64,000 nt of DNA from Candidatus Altiarchaeales archaeon (GCA_014727915.1 WJMO01000008.1:1-64000); one strand, 5' to 3'. Counted from the stretch's first letter, positions 28,822 to 39,886 are shown. Numbers and translations: made by a program. The notes: generated from the letters alone by a model not told the origin.

Positions 28822-29583
28822 TCATAATAGTTTTGAAAGCTTGTCTCGGCTGATCTTTATGTAGTCCCGGTCCTCGCTGTGCACCTCCAAGGTGATTCCC
28901 CCGTCGTAGCCAACAGACTTCAGCTCATCAACCACGCCCCGGTAGTCTATGGTGCCGACGCCCAAGGGCAGATGGTCGTCCCGCTCCCCGAAGTTGTCGT
29001 GTAGGTGAACATTCATCAGCCGGTCCGTGAACTTCTGTATCAGGGTGCGGGCGTGGTCGATGTTGCCCGCGCCCATGACCGCGTGGCCCACGTCCAATGT
29101 GAAGCCAAGGCCGGGCACCAGCTCGAAAAGGCTCTGGAGCTCGTCGGTGGACATGTGCTGCCTCTCGAAGTTCTCAAAGCATATCCTGATCCCGTGCGAT
29201 CTCGCGGCATCGCACAACACAGTAAGGGACTCGGACGTCAAAGAGACTATGTCCTCCATCTTCCGCCTCAACTTGAGGAAGTCCGGGTGCACGGTCATTA
29301 TCTCAATGCCGAACTCGGCAGCCGCGGATATGACATCCAAGGACTCCTCGACGAACGCCCTCCGCACCTTCCCATAGGGTGAGGCGAACTGGAAGCACCA
29401 GGGCATGTGGCCTGTGAAGGGAAGGCCGAAGCCCAAAAGCTCATCCCTGGAAGACAACACCTCGGAAACGTAAGACCGGGTGGCCTCGATTGTAAGCTCC
29501 ACATAGTCCAACCCATACTCCTTGAACAAACGCACCTCTTCAACGGGATCGTTATGGGGGTTGTTCATGGCCCCAACCCTCAT
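28822..29583 (-). CDS. Sugar phosphate isomerase/epimerase-family TIM barrel (AP endonuclease 2-like)
   Basis: FENF, LDVGHA, HLHDN, DDHLPLG, TLEV. Confidence 0.88.
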   Translation of the reverse strand: MRVGAMNNPHNDPVEEVRLFKEYGLDYVELTIEATRSYVSEVLSSRDELLGFGLPFTGHMPWCFQFASPYGKVRRAFVEESLDVISAAAEFGIEIMTVHPDFLKLRRKMEDIVSLTSESLTVLCDAARSHGIRICFENFERQHMSTDELQSLFELVPGLGFTLDVGHAVMGAGNIDHARTLIQKFTDRLMNVHLHDNFGERDDHLPLGVGTIDYRGVVDELKSVGYDGGITLEVHSEDRDYIKISRDKLSKLL

Positions 29584-30080
29584 AATACCCCCTCCAGCTT
29601 CAACAGCCTCTTCTTCAAGGCGGAACCGCCCCTGAAACCGCCTATGTCCCTGGAGCCAACGACCCGGTGGCAGGGTATGAGTATGGGCGTGGGGTTCTCA
29701 TTCAAAGCATTTCCCACCGCACGGGCAGCCTTCGGCATTCCAAGAGCCTCGGCGACCTCCCGGTAGGTGAGAGTCTTCCCATATGGTATCTTACGGACCA
29801 CGCGCCACACCATCTTCTGAAAGCCAGTGGAGTATGTCAAGTCCAGCTCATAGCCTGAAAAGTCAACCACCCTGCCGTTATAGTACCTTGCGAGGTCGGA
29901 CTCCAACGCCATCAACTCCCGGGAGCTCGTGTACTCGCCGCCGGTGATTTCGTCCGCCTGCCTGACTATCTTGGGCCTGCTGCGGGAGGGCAGGGTCACA
30001 TTCGAAACACCCAACCCTCTTGAAGCTATGGCAACCCATCCGAACCGCGTGTTGAAAACCCTCGCGAACATCTCACTCAC
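29580..30080 (-). CDS. ogt: Methylated-DNA--protein-cysteine methyltransferase
   Basis: IPYGKTLTY, ARAVGNA, IPCHRVV. Confidence 0.95.
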   Translation of the reverse strand: MSEMFARVFNTRFGWVAIASRGLGVSNVTLPSRSRPKIVRQADEITGGEYTSSRELMALESDLARYYNGRVVDFSGYELDLTYSTGFQKMVWRVVRKIPYGKTLTYREVAEALGMPKAARAVGNALNENPTPILIPCHRVVGSRDIGGFRGGSALKKRLLKLEGVL

Positions 30081-30453
30081 ATCCCTTCTTCAACTGGTTG
30101 AAAAGCACGTCCATGCCGTCCGCATCCCTGGCGGGGCTGGCAGGCGAACCTGTGAACGGGCACAGGTAGACTGTGTTCTCTCCCGCCGTCTCCATATGCC
30201 TGAGCCTCAGGCACTCCCAAATGTACCTGCCGGCCTTGGACGCTTCCAAGACGCTGACGAACGGGACCCTGTTGAACCTGCCGTTCGTTGCGGACGTCCC
30301 TCCATGATATAACACCTTATCAGTCAATATAAGCAGCTCCGGGCGGTTGCCTGCAGCGTGAAACAGGCTGGAACGCACTAGAACCCGCATTACATGCAGG
30401 AAATCAGCCTCGCCCGCCTCGTCCAACACCATGTTCAAGTCCACATATGGCAT
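30073..30453 (-). CDS. Hypothetical protein (possibly PH-like fold)
   Basis: Translationally coupled between pdxT and ogt; LLILTDKVLY. Confidence 0.6.
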   Translation of the reverse strand: MPYVDLNMVLDEAGEADFLHVMRVLVRSSLFHAAGNRPELLILTDKVLYHGGTSATNGRFNRVPFVSVLEASKAGRYIWECLRLRHMETAGENTVYLCPFTGSPASPARDADGMDVLFNQLKKGCE

Positions 30454-30454
30454 C

Positions 30455-31045
30455 TCATATCATCTCCAGGAAATACTCGTGCAAGCGCGTGTCACATGTA
30501 AGCTCAGGATGGAACGCTGAAGCGAGGATGTCACCCTGCCTAGCCAACACCACCTTTCCCCCGTGCTCGCATAGGCATTCACACCCGCCCCAGACCCTCT
30601 CAAAAGCGGGAGCCCTTATGAACACCCCCGGGAACACGCCGCCGCCCAAGACGGGTATGTCCAATTCCGCCTCGAAGCTCTCCCTCTGGCGGCCGTATGC
30701 GTTCCTCAGGACAAGAGCATCCATCAAACCCAGGAGCGACTGTCCCTCCTTCAGATTATCACCTTCCCTAGACAGAAGGACCATGCCCGCGCAGGTGCCG
30801 AATATGGGTATTGACTCGGCAACCTCGAGGACTGCCCTGTCCAGGCGGTACTCGCGCATAAGCTTCCCAACTGTGGTGCTCTCACCCCCGGGTATCACAA
30901 GCGCGGAGAGGGAACCGATGGACCCTGGAGTCCGGACCGCCACCACATCAGCATCCAAGCCGAGGGACCCGACAGCAGCCTCCAAGGAGCGAACATGCTC
31001 GGTAACGTCGCCCTGAACGTCCAGAACACCCAACTTCATCACCAC
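30455..31045 (-). CDS. pdxT: PLP synthase glutaminase subunit
   Basis: PGGESTT, GTCAG, RNAYGRQRESFE, FHPE. Confidence 0.96.
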   Translation of the reverse strand: MVMKLGVLDVQGDVTEHVRSLEAAVGSLGLDADVVAVRTPGSIGSLSALVIPGGESTTVGKLMREYRLDRAVLEVAESIPIFGTCAGMVLLSREGDNLKEGQSLLGLMDALVLRNAYGRQRESFEAELDIPVLGGGVFPGVFIRAPAFERVWGGCECLCEHGGKVVLARQGDILASAFHPELTCDTRLHEYFLEMI

Positions 31046-31071
31046 ATATAATGCAGGAAAAGCTTAATAAT

Positions 31072-31668
31072 ATGAGCATGAACAAGGTCGAGGAGTTCAG
31101 GAGATACATCAGGGTAACCAACATAGACGAGATCGCGCGCAGGTATTTCGTAATGAACGCATTCGACGGCGCTCTGACCATGCTGGGAATACTAGTAGGC
31201 GCATTCCTTTCAGGGACCACAGACTTCCACGTTATCATAGCCGCCGGGATGGGAGCCAGCATCGCAATGGGCATGTCCGGGATGAGCGGGGCCTACATGA
31301 CCGAGCGAGCGGAGCGGAAGAGGGAGCTGAGGGAACTGGAGGACGCCATGCTCCTGGACCTGGACGAGACCATGCACGGGAAGGCGGGTAGGTTCGCGTC
31401 CGTTTTCACCGCTCTCGTGGACGGGGTAAGCCCGGCGCTATCAGCGTTCCTGATACTATCGCCTTTCATCCTGGTTAAGTACTCCGCCATAGAGTACTGG
31501 AGCGCATACAGGTACTCGATGTCCATAACGGCCCTGGTACTGTTCTCCCTCGGCGCCTACCTCGCGAGGATAAGCGGGGATTCAAAGCTCTTCTACGGAG
31601 GGCAGATGGTTCTGGTGGGTTTGATAACGGCTGTGGTGATATTCCTCATAGATGCAAGCCCCCTCTAA
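31072..31668 (+). CDS. VIT1/CCC1-family membrane protein
   Basis: RRYFVMNAFDG, GAYMTERAE, multiple TMs. Confidence 0.8.
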   Translation: MSMNKVEEFRRYIRVTNIDEIARRYFVMNAFDGALTMLGILVGAFLSGTTDFHVIIAAGMGASIAMGMSGMSGAYMTERAERKRELRELEDAMLLDLDETMHGKAGRFASVFTALVDGVSPALSAFLILSPFILVKYSAIEYWSAYRYSMSITALVLFSLGAYLARISGDSKLFYGGQMVLVGLITAVVIFLIDASPL

Positions 31669-32459
31669 CCCTGGGACAAGCGTATCTGATAGCCTTTCAG
31701 GAGGTCTGTCCTGGATATGAGGCCTTCAAGGCGATCTTCCAGGACCGGTATTCCGCCGATGTTCAGGTCCAACATGAGCTTGGACGCATCGCATGCGTCG
31801 TCTTTGGTCTTCAACGTCACAGGGTCGGGTGTCATCATGTCCCCTGCGGTGATGGGAGAGCTCGGGTCTATCCTGGCGTTCTCCTTCCTGTGCTTGAAGA
31901 GAACCAGGCTCAAGTCCTTGACCGTGATTATCCCGGCCAAACGCTCGCCCGACATCACCAGCACACGCTTAACGCACATGTCCTCTATCTTACCCACTAC
32001 CTCCGGGAGGGACGTGTAATCGTATACTGTGACGGGGCTGTAATGCATGAGATCCCCCACCTTGTGCTTGCCCTCCATCTCCTCATGGAAGACGCCTGTG
32101 AAGTTGACCTTGCCTATCAATCCAACGACCTTCCCGTCCTCCACAACGGGCAGGCGGTCTATGATGGACTTCTGCATCAGCAGGAGCTCTACGACTTCCT
32201 CGATGGTATCGTCAGAGTTCACGCAGTCTATGTCATCTTCCATCAGGTCGGCGACAGCCAATGACTCCAGGGGCTTGTCATCATGGCGGCCGATCTTGGA
32301 TATGAAGGTCTCCTTGCTCAAAAGACCGTTGAAGGCATCGCCCTCCAACACAACAGCAGCGCCTATCCCGTTCGCTTCCATGTGTTCGCCGGTCTTCAGC
32401 GCATTGTCCCCCGGCGAGACCCGAAGGACATCCTCTGTCATTATGTCTGTGACTAGCAT
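31665..32459 (-). CDS. CBS-domain protein (four CBS repeats)
   Basis: Repeated DIMT/DLM, LPVV..G, GIIT..D motifs. Confidence 0.88.
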   Translation of the reverse strand: MLVTDIMTEDVLRVSPGDNALKTGEHMEANGIGAAVVLEGDAFNGLLSKETFISKIGRHDDKPLESLAVADLMEDDIDCVNSDDTIEEVVELLLMQKSIIDRLPVVEDGKVVGLIGKVNFTGVFHEEMEGKHKVGDLMHYSPVTVYDYTSLPEVVGKIEDMCVKRVLVMSGERLAGIITVKDLSLVLFKHRKENARIDPSSPITAGDMMTPDPVTLKTKDDACDASKLMLDLNIGGIPVLEDRLEGLISRTDLLKGYQIRLSQG

Positions 32460-33343
32460 CAGACACCCCTTTCCTGCAGCCTCTCCCTAAGCTCAGATAT
32501 CTCCTGGCCCTTCATCGCATCCCCCAAACCCTTGCTGACCTCCGCTATAACGTCGGGTTTGTCATAGTGTAAGGTAGCCTCGACGATGGCTTTGGCCATG
32601 ACCTCGGGCTTCTCGCTCTTGAATATGCCAGAACCCACGAAGTTGCCGTCCGCGCCCAGCTGCATCATCAGAGACGCGTCCGCGGGGGTTGCGATCCCGC
32701 CGGCGCTGAAGTTCACCACAGGCAATCTGCCGAGCTTCTTGACCTCCCTCACCAATTCGATGGGGGCCATCAGCTCCTTGGCCTCCTTGTATAGCTCGTC
32801 GTCGCTCATCGTCTTTATCCTGTCCATCTCGCCGATGACCGCGCGCATGTGACGGACCGCCTCGACCACGTTGCCAGTCCCGGCCTCTCCTTTGGTGCGT
32901 ATCATGGCGGCGCCCTCGCTGATCCTCCTCAAAGCCTCCCCGAGGTTCCTGCAACCGCAGACGAAGGGGACTGTGAATTTGGTCTTGTCGACGTGGTTGC
33001 ATTCGTCAGCGGGCGTGAGCACCTCGCTCTCGTCTATCATGTCGACGCCCAGCTCCTGTAGGACCTGGGCCTCGGCGAAATGGCCTATCCTGCACTTGGC
33101 CATCACAGGTATCGTAACCGAATCCAGGATCTCCTGTATCTTCAGGGGGTCGGCCATGCGAGCCACTCCCCCGGCAGCCCGGATGTCAGCAGGCACCCTC
33201 TCAAGGGCCATGACAGCGCAGGCTCCAGCGTCCTCGGCTATGCCGGCCTGTTGCGCGTCTGTGACGTCCATGACGACGCCACGCTTCACCATCTTAGCAA
33301 ATCCTTCCTTTAACAGCTTGGTGCCGTGCTTCTTCTTCGCCAT
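32459..33343 (-). CDS. pdxS: PLP synthase subunit
   Basis: [35 protein letters not shown]. Confidence 0.97.
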   Translation of the reverse strand: MAKKKHGTKLLKEGFAKMVKRGVVMDVTDAQQAGIAEDAGACAVMALERVPADIRAAGGVARMADPLKIQEILDSVTIPVMAKCRIGHFAEAQVLQELGVDMIDESEVLTPADECNHVDKTKFTVPFVCGCRNLGEALRRISEGAAMIRTKGEAGTGNVVEAVRHMRAVIGEMDRIKTMSDDELYKEAKELMAPIELVREVKKLGRLPVVNFSAGGIATPADASLMMQLGADGNFVGSGIFKSEKPEVMAKAIVEATLHYDKPDVIAEVSKGLGDAMKGQEISELRERLQERGV

Positions 33344-33380
33344 CCCAAAACCACCTAGGATAAGTATATGAAACACTGGA

Positions 33381-34070
33381 TTATAAGCGCTGGTAGAGGC
33401 ATATAAGATCCTCTGCCTGCATTTCAGCAGGCCTCATCTGGCCGTATCCTTCGGGGACATCATCCAATATGTTCCTCATCTTCTTGTTCTTCAGGCTGAA
33501 CAGCCTCCTGAGAAAGCCCAGGTAGTCTGGGGGAGGCCTCCAACGCTGCCTAAGCCGCAGAACACTGCTGGAAACCCGCGGCTGGGGCTTGAACGCCTGC
33601 GGGCGTATCTCATCAAGGACTTCAACTTCACAGGTGCTCTGAGCCAACGCGGAGACCATCCTGTAATTGCCCGATGACGGCGGTGCGGCGACCTTCTCCG
33701 CGAACTCCCGCTGAACCACCAACACAGCGAGTTCGAAACCCTCTACTATTAACCTCTCCAGGAGCTTCCTGCTTATGCTGTAGGGTAGGTTGCTGACTAT
33801 CTTGTTATACAGGGGGTACTCGACCGTCAGCGCGTCACCCTGGAGCAGGGTGACCCTATCATCCCCGTCGAACTTCCTCCTCAAAATCGGGATGAGATCA
33901 GGTTCCTTCTCTATTGCGGTCACGCGGACCTTCTCGGCGATCTTCTCCGTGAGGTTGCCGGAGCCGGCCCCCACCTCCAACACGGCATCCCCTGGCTGGA
34001 GGCCGGCGTATCCGACCACCAACTCCAGCATCTCCTCGTCCACCATGAAACGCCGGTCCTTCAAGGCCAT
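33381..34070 (-). CDS. rsmA: 16S rRNA dimethyladenosine transferase
   Basis: [25 protein letters not shown]. Confidence 0.92.
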   Translation of the reverse strand: MALKDRRFMVDEEMLELVVGYAGLQPGDAVLEVGAGSGNLTEKIAEKVRVTAIEKEPDLIPILRRKFDGDDRVTLLQGDALTVEYPLYNKIVSNLPYSISRKLLERLIVEGFELAVLVVQREFAEKVAAPPSSGNYRMVSALAQSTCEVEVLDEIRPQAFKPQPRVSSSVLRLRQRWRPPPDYLGFLRRLFSLKNKKMRNILDDVPEGYGQMRPAEMQAEDLICLYQRL

Positions 34071-34120
34071 ATTATTTATACCTACTGTTTCAAATGCCTT
34101 AAATGCGGGGTGATGACAGC

Positions 34121-34861
34121 ATGCCTTGGACCCACGACTACCTGGAGGTTGTGCGCGCGCTCGACCTCAACTTGGCCGAGGACAGGAGATCGACACTGAT
34201 ACTCGACCGAATGCTGAAAAAACAGGACTTGAAGCCGGTGGAGGATCTGATAAGGAACAGGACGGTGATAGTATATGGCTGCGGGCCCAGCCTGGAGAAC
34301 GACCTGAACAAGATATGGGAGGCGGGCATACACAAGAGGAGCACGTCGGTTGCCGTTGACGGGGCAGCACACGCCCTCCTCCAGTACAAGATAGTCCCGC
34401 ACATAAACGTGACAGACCTGGACGGGGACCTGAACTCCATAGTTGCAGCCAACCACTACGGATCATTGACGATGGTGCACGCCCACGCGGACAACATAAG
34501 GGCGATAGTGGGTTTGGTGCCCAAGCTGAAAGGCACAGTATACGGGACGACCCACTCGGAGCCCACGGAGAAGGTGCATAACTTCGGAGGGTTCACCGAC
34601 GGGGACAGGGCAGTATACATAGTGGAACACTTCAAGCCCAGGTTCATAGTCTTGGCTGGCATGGACTTCGGACACCTGATAGGCCGGTTCTCAGGGCACT
34701 ATGACGCCGTTAAAAAACCTAGGGGCCTGAGGATGGGGAAATACCTGATAGAAGAGCTAGCCGGAAAGTCGAGGACGAGGATATTGAACGTCACATCCAG
34801 CGGCGAGAACATCAAGAACACCAAGCAGATAACGGTTGAGAGGCTCAGACAGATAGTGTGA
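34121..34861 (+). CDS. mptE: 6-hydroxymethyl-7,8-dihydropterin pyrophosphokinase (DUF115)
   Basis: GCGPSL, VTDLDG, HAHADN, NFGGFTDGDRA, LAGMDF. Confidence 0.88.
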   Translation: MPWTHDYLEVVRALDLNLAEDRRSTLILDRMLKKQDLKPVEDLIRNRTVIVYGCGPSLENDLNKIWEAGIHKRSTSVAVDGAAHALLQYKIVPHINVTDLDGDLNSIVAANHYGSLTMVHAHADNIRAIVGLVPKLKGTVYGTTHSEPTEKVHNFGGFTDGDRAVYIVEHFKPRFIVLAGMDFGHLIGRFSGHYDAVKKPRGLRMGKYLIEELAGKSRTRILNVTSSGENIKNTKQITVERLRQIV

Positions 34862-34917
34862 CACCGCTTCGCATAGGTTTGGTGAGTATTTAATATACTA
34901 TTTAGATAATTAACAAA

Positions 34918-35631
34918 ATGCCAGAGCAGCTGAAGACTGGTATAGAAGGTCTTGACGGAATTCTCGAGGGGGGGATACCAAAGGGTCACTGCGTGCTCCT
35001 CGCCGGAAGCTGCGGGACAGGCAAGACCGTCATGTGCCAGCAGTTCCTCTTCGACGGAGCGAGAAACGGCGATAACGGAGTCTACATATCACTCGTCGAG
35101 CCCATGGAGAAGATCATAAAGAACATGTCACCATTCGGCTTCTACGACCAGAAGCTCGTGGACGAGGGCAAGGTCAAGATAGTCGACATGATGCAGGACA
35201 CCCGGCTGAGGGGCATAGAATTCAACAACATAGAGGGTCTGCTGGGGATAATCAGGAGCATAATAGACGACAACGAAGCCGAGAGAGTGGTGATAGACTC
35301 TGTTACGGCACTGTGTGAGAACATACAGGAGAAGAACAACATACGGGACTTCATACTGGAACTGGGTTTCCAGCTGATGTACCAGGAGTGCACCACCATA
35401 ATGATATCCGAGATACCTCCTCAGACGTTCAAATACTCGGTTTTCGGCGTGGAAGAGTTCATAGCCGACGGCGTGGTGCTGCTTAGCGAGTTCGAGAGAA
35501 AGGGAGAGCTCATAAGGGCGCTGCAGGTCATAAAGATGAGGGGTGTCGCCCACAGCAGGAACAAGCACGTAATGAAGATACTGGATGAGGGCATTAACCT
35601 GATCCCCATGTTCAGGGCAGGTGTCGAATAA
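34918..35631 (+). CDS. KaiC-like/RAD55 ATPase
   Basis: TGIEGLD, GSCGTGKT, VIDS, EEFIADGVV, IKMRG. Confidence 0.9.
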   Translation: MPEQLKTGIEGLDGILEGGIPKGHCVLLAGSCGTGKTVMCQQFLFDGARNGDNGVYISLVEPMEKIIKNMSPFGFYDQKLVDEGKVKIVDMMQDTRLRGIEFNNIEGLLGIIRSIIDDNEAERVVIDSVTALCENIQEKNNIRDFILELGFQLMYQECTTIMISEIPPQTFKYSVFGVEEFIADGVVLLSEFERKGELIRALQVIKMRGVAHSRNKHVMKILDEGINLIPMFRAGVE

Positions 35632-36797
35632 TGGGCGGTGACAACTACAAGAGGCTTGAGGAGTTGATGGACTACCTCACCGCGGACGAGAAGATAATAT
35701 CCAAGTACAGGATGAGCGTCTATGACGTGGTGACCACCACTGAAAGGCTCATACTCCTCAGGAGGTTCCCGCCCGCGTTCATCGAGATAGGATACGAGGA
35801 GATAAACAACCTCGAGCACAGGACCACCATATTATGGAACGACCTGCTGACGTCCATAGCGACACTGGTGTTGGCTGTGGTAATATTCGTGAACGAGCGG
35901 GGCTTCCCATTCGTAGAGCCAATAAACAACATAGTCGGGAGGTACATCCCCGAGCTGGCCAACACGCTGCCGACCCTACTGGTAGTCCAGGTGGTGATGA
36001 TGCTATCCACGGCGGCGAGCATAATATACTTCGCCAAGTTCGTCGGGTCCCTCTCAGGGTATTTCCGCATATCGAGGAAGAACCGGGCGCCCGTTACCAT
36101 AAGGACCGCTATGACGCCCGAGTTGAAGAACCTGATAAGGGAGATCGAAGGGCAGATAAAGCAGGTCAAGGAACGTAGGCTCAGGCCTGCGCCTGAGACT
36201 GCAGAGGCCGCACCGGCCGCCGCCAAGCCCGAAGTGGACATAAAGACGGAGCTGGAGTCGAGGATAAGGGGGCTGGCGGACAATGCAGTCATACTCATAT
36301 CCTCAAAGAGCGAGAAGCACAGCGAGGTCGTATCCAACACTCTGAACATGCTCGTGAACGAGAAGGGTATGGGCGGCGTCTACATAAGCATAAGCAGGCC
36401 CTACGAGTCCATCACGTCCACCATGGCCACCGCAGGCATACCAGCCGATGACGTGTACTTCATCGACTGCATCAGCAGGATGGCAGGCAAGGGACACACC
36501 GAAACCGACGAGCACGCGGTGTTCGTGGAGAACCCGTCGAGCCTGGAGGAGGTGAGCATGTACCTGGACCGGATGCTCGGGAAAGTACCATCCGAGAAGA
36601 AGTTCCTGTTCCTCGACTCGCTGTCAAGCCTGCTCATATACAACACGGACAAGAGCGTCCGGGAGTTCACCCACTTCCTCATAAACAAGATAAGGCTGGA
36701 GGGAGTCTCAGGCATCATATTCAGCATAGAGAAGAAGGAGGCGGAAGACCTTGTGAAGACGCTATCGCCCATGTGCGACGTGGAGCTCAAGTTCTAA
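35631..36797 (+). CDS. Membrane protein with a C-terminal inactive RecA/KaiC-like (DUF835-like) domain
   Basis: Two TMs; GVYISISRPY, FIDCIS, FLFLDSLSSLLIYN; no Walker A. Confidence 0.75.
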   Translation: MGGDNYKRLEELMDYLTADEKIISKYRMSVYDVVTTTERLILLRRFPPAFIEIGYEEINNLEHRTTILWNDLLTSIATLVLAVVIFVNERGFPFVEPINNIVGRYIPELANTLPTLLVVQVVMMLSTAASIIYFAKFVGSLSGYFRISRKNRAPVTIRTAMTPELKNLIREIEGQIKQVKERRLRPAPETAEAAPAAAKPEVDIKTELESRIRGLADNAVILISSKSEKHSEVVSNTLNMLVNEKGMGGVYISISRPYESITSTMATAGIPADDVYFIDCISRMAGKGHTETDEHAVFVENPSSLEEVSMYLDRMLGKVPSEKKFLFLDSLSSLLIYNTDKSVREFTHFLINKIRLEGVSGIIFSIEKKEAEDLVKTLSPMCDVELKF

Positions 36798-36804
36798 GGC
36801 GGGG

Positions 36805-38004
36805 TCAACCGTCCCATTCCCTGACAGTGAATCCTCTAGCACCCCTGAGAAACTCCCCTGCCTGAGCGTATCTTTCCATGAACCGGGGGTCATTGCCGCC
36901 GCTGGAAACCTGGTCGCGAACATCATCCACCAGCTCTCCCGGCCGGAGCAGCAGCTCCCTCGAAGGCATGGCGATGTCGCTGATCCCGGAGGCTCTTGCG
37001 ATGTCCAATCCGACCATGCAAAGCACCAGGTTCCGGTCCCTGTGCCTGAACGAAGAAGCCAGGTTCCTGGACCTGTAGGCGAGGTTCCTCCGGTGCTCTA
37101 TCTCACGAACCCCATCCGAGTCCCCACCACGCTCATAACCCGCCTTCAGCTCAGCAAAGCCCCTGAGGATATCCTCCTGCCTGGCACGGGTGAACTGGAC
37201 CGGGTATAGGAGTATGAACGGGCTCTCATCGGACGGCATGACAACATGGTATTTAGCAAAGCAGGTTACATCATCCGACATGACTATAGAATTGCCGGGA
37301 TCTATCTCCGGATGGTTCTTATAGCACCATGTAGGGGAAACCACCCCGCCTGCCGGGTCCCCCCTAACACGCCTCAACCCAAGACATCCACTGTAGGCAT
37401 TCGGCTCAGAAAACGAATTATGTTGTACGTCAGAGTACAGTGATATCAAGCCGACAGACTTGGGAACGTCCAAGCCATCCAGGCTAAGGCCGTGATCATC
37501 AGCCAACATAGAAACATCCAACAGCCGAGGGCATCTGACAGCAAGGTCCTTGGACCCGTTTATGTCGGTTCCGGGCGTAAGATCCAAGCTGAAAGGCCTG
37601 TTGTCTGTTTCAGGGCCGTCGTATAGGGTAGTCCGAAACTGGCCGGAGCGCAGGGTGTACCTCAGCATGTCGCCCTGGTAGAAGCCCCATCTTAGGTCGC
37701 CGTCAGAGACCTCGGGAAATATCTCCTGTACGCGGGTTATGCCCCCACCACCGACCAGACGCCCCAAGGCAGTGTTAACGTCGGACAGGTTAACCTGGCT
37801 ATTGCATGATTTAGGGTCGCCGCTTAGGATGAAGAGCTGGTCGTAGCACAGGCTTTCCAAGGCCGCGGTGAAACGACGGTAGACGTCAGAACCCGTCACA
37901 GGAGGTATGGAATCGATGACCATCCGCTTCAGGCCGTCAAGTTCCGCGGGTTCCGCCGGCGTTGGAGTGACAGCGCGAGACCAACCGCGAACAAGCTTGC
38001 CCAT
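36805..38004 (-). CDS. Hypothetical orphan protein
   Basis: 399-aa ORF with own TATA-like element; convergent with the preceding gene. Confidence 0.7.
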   Translation of the reverse strand: MGKLVRGWSRAVTPTPAEPAELDGLKRMVIDSIPPVTGSDVYRRFTAALESLCYDQLFILSGDPKSCNSQVNLSDVNTALGRLVGGGGITRVQEIFPEVSDGDLRWGFYQGDMLRYTLRSGQFRTTLYDGPETDNRPFSLDLTPGTDINGSKDLAVRCPRLLDVSMLADDHGLSLDGLDVPKSVGLISLYSDVQHNSFSEPNAYSGCLGLRRVRGDPAGGVVSPTWCYKNHPEIDPGNSIVMSDDVTCFAKYHVVMPSDESPFILLYPVQFTRARQEDILRGFAELKAGYERGGDSDGVREIEHRRNLAYRSRNLASSFRHRDRNLVLCMVGLDIARASGISDIAMPSRELLLRPGELVDDVRDQVSSGGNDPRFMERYAQAGEFLRGARGFTVREWDG

Positions 38005-38041
38005 GTATAGAATCAGGAGGGACAGACTAAAATAGGTTTCA

Positions 38042-39307
38042 TCAGGTCAGCCTCTTCCTGCCGTTCATGTACGGGCGCAGGACATCAGGTATCGCAACAC
38101 TGCCATCCTCCTCCTGGTAGTTCTCCAGTATCAGCCTCAAAGCCCTCGAGGTGGCGACCATTGTGCTGTTCAATGTGTGGACAAGCTGGTTCCCGTCTTT
38201 GGCCCTATGCCTGATCTTCAGCCGGGCGGCCTGGTAGGACGTGCAGTTGGAACAACTCATAAGCTCGATGTGCTTCCCCTCACGGGGGCTCCAACCCTCC
38301 AGGTCATATTTTTTTGCCGCGACGGCCCCGATGTCGCCGGTGCACACGTTCACCACATGATATGGGATCTTAAGGCCCTGCATGAGGTCCTCCGCGTTCG
38401 CTATCAGCTGCTCATGAAAGTCCCAGCTGTCCTCGGGCCTGCAGAATACGAACTGCTCTATCTTGTTGAACTGGTGAACCCTGAAAAGGCCGCGCTCGTC
38501 CAACCCGTGCTTGCCGATCTCCCTCCTGAAACACGGGGACACCCCCGCGTACTTCAGCGGAAGGCCGTCAAGGACCTCGTCCATGTGCATGGCAGCCAGC
38601 GGATGCTCCGAAGTGGCTATAAGATAGAGGTCGTCGTCTTCCACCTTGTACATGACATTCTCGAAGTCCGCCAGGTCCGTCACGCCCTCATATGGCTTCC
38701 GGCGCATCATCAGCGGCGGCTCCACGAGAGTGTAGCCACGGTCGATGAGAAGGTCTATGGCATAGCGCTGGAGCGCAACATCCAACAACGCAAGATCCCC
38801 CCTCAGGAAGTAGAACCCCGACCCTGAAATCTTCACCGCCCGCTCGAAGTCCGCAACGCCCAAGTCGACGGCCGCACGTCCGTGGTCTTTGAGATCGAAG
38901 CCGAACTCCCTCTTCTCGCCCCATTCTCGGACGACAACATTATCCTCGTCGGATGCGCCCACGGGAACGGACTCGTGCAGGACGTTGGGCAACCGCATGA
39001 GATAGTGGTCGACCCTCTCCCTGAGCCCGGCCATCTCATCCTCCTTCTCCCTTATCCTGCCGGGTATGGCTTTAGCCTCCTCAATGAGCTTGGAGGCGTC
39101 CTCCCCCCGGCCCTTGGCATCCTTCACCTTGGCTGTGAGCTGGTTCCGAGAGGACCTCAGCTCGTCGGCCTCCCTCTTAAGGACCCTCCAACGCTCGTCC
39201 TTCTCCAACAGCTCACGGACCCACTTGAGCTTCTCCTCGTCCCCCCGCTTCCGAAGGTCCGCCTCGACAACCTCGGCGTTTTCACGGATGAAGGAAAGCT
39301 CTAACAT
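38042..39307 (-). CDS. serS: Serine-tRNA ligase
   Basis: LIATSEHP, CFRRE, GLFRVHQFNKIEQF, SCSNCT, HTLNST. Confidence 0.97.
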   Translation of the reverse strand: MLELSFIRENAEVVEADLRKRGDEEKLKWVRELLEKDERWRVLKREADELRSSRNQLTAKVKDAKGRGEDASKLIEEAKAIPGRIREKEDEMAGLRERVDHYLMRLPNVLHESVPVGASDEDNVVVREWGEKREFGFDLKDHGRAAVDLGVADFERAVKISGSGFYFLRGDLALLDVALQRYAIDLLIDRGYTLVEPPLMMRRKPYEGVTDLADFENVMYKVEDDDLYLIATSEHPLAAMHMDEVLDGLPLKYAGVSPCFRREIGKHGLDERGLFRVHQFNKIEQFVFCRPEDSWDFHEQLIANAEDLMQGLKIPYHVVNVCTGDIGAVAAKKYDLEGWSPREGKHIELMSCSNCTSYQAARLKIRHRAKDGNQLVHTLNSTMVATSRALRLILENYQEEDGSVAIPDVLRPYMNGRKRLT

Positions 39308-39340
39308 AAGATGAGTATAAGAAACAGGGGATAATAAAGG

Positions 39341-39886
39341 CTATTCGAGGCAGTCGTCGCATAACAGCCGTCCATCGTAGTTTCTGAGGTTGTCCGAGAA
39401 GTTCTCGCAGCTCTCGCAGATCCCGGAGACCACCCCCTCTGACGCCGCATGAGCGTTGCTCAGAGTCCAAGCATACTGCTCCCTTATCAGAAGGTGCATG
39501 GCAGGCTCCAACCGCACGATGTCGAACTCGCTTAGCACCCCGATTATCCTGTCCTTGTCCGAGACCACCAGACGCCTTATGTCCCTGTCGCGCATAGCCC
39601 GCGCGGCATCGTCAAGGTCAGCATCCGGCCTTATGGTTATGAGAGGCGAGGTCATGACATCCCCCACTGGAACTTCTTCGGGGTTCCTGTTCTCGGCCAC
39701 TATCTTTGTTATTATGTCCCTCTCGGTGAGTATGCCTATGCCGTCTCCCTTCTTTGTGACTATAACAGAGCTTATGTCGTTCTTCCTCATGACCTCCGCA
39801 GCCTCCATCACAGTGTCCTTTGCGTCGACGCAGATGACGCCGCGGGTCATAGCATCCCCGACCTTGAGTCCCTCTATGTCCTTCAT
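39341..39886 (-). CDS. CBS-pair protein with C-terminal Zn ribbon
   Basis: Two CBS repeats; GICESC...LCDDC. Confidence 0.88.
   Translation of the reverse strand: MKDIEGLKVGDAMTRGVICVDAKDTVMEAAEVMRKNDISSVIVTKKGDGIGILTERDIITKIVAENRNPEEVPVGDVMTSPLITIRPDADLDDAARAMRDRDIRRLVVSDKDRIIGVLSEFDIVRLEPAMHLLIREQYAWTLSNAHAASEGVVSGICESCENFSDNLRNYDGRLLCDDCLE

Noticed and set aside
30455-33343. Separation of pdxS and pdxT as a mobile insertion
   Set aside because: The intervening VIT1 and CBS genes have host-like composition and no flanking repeats were seen
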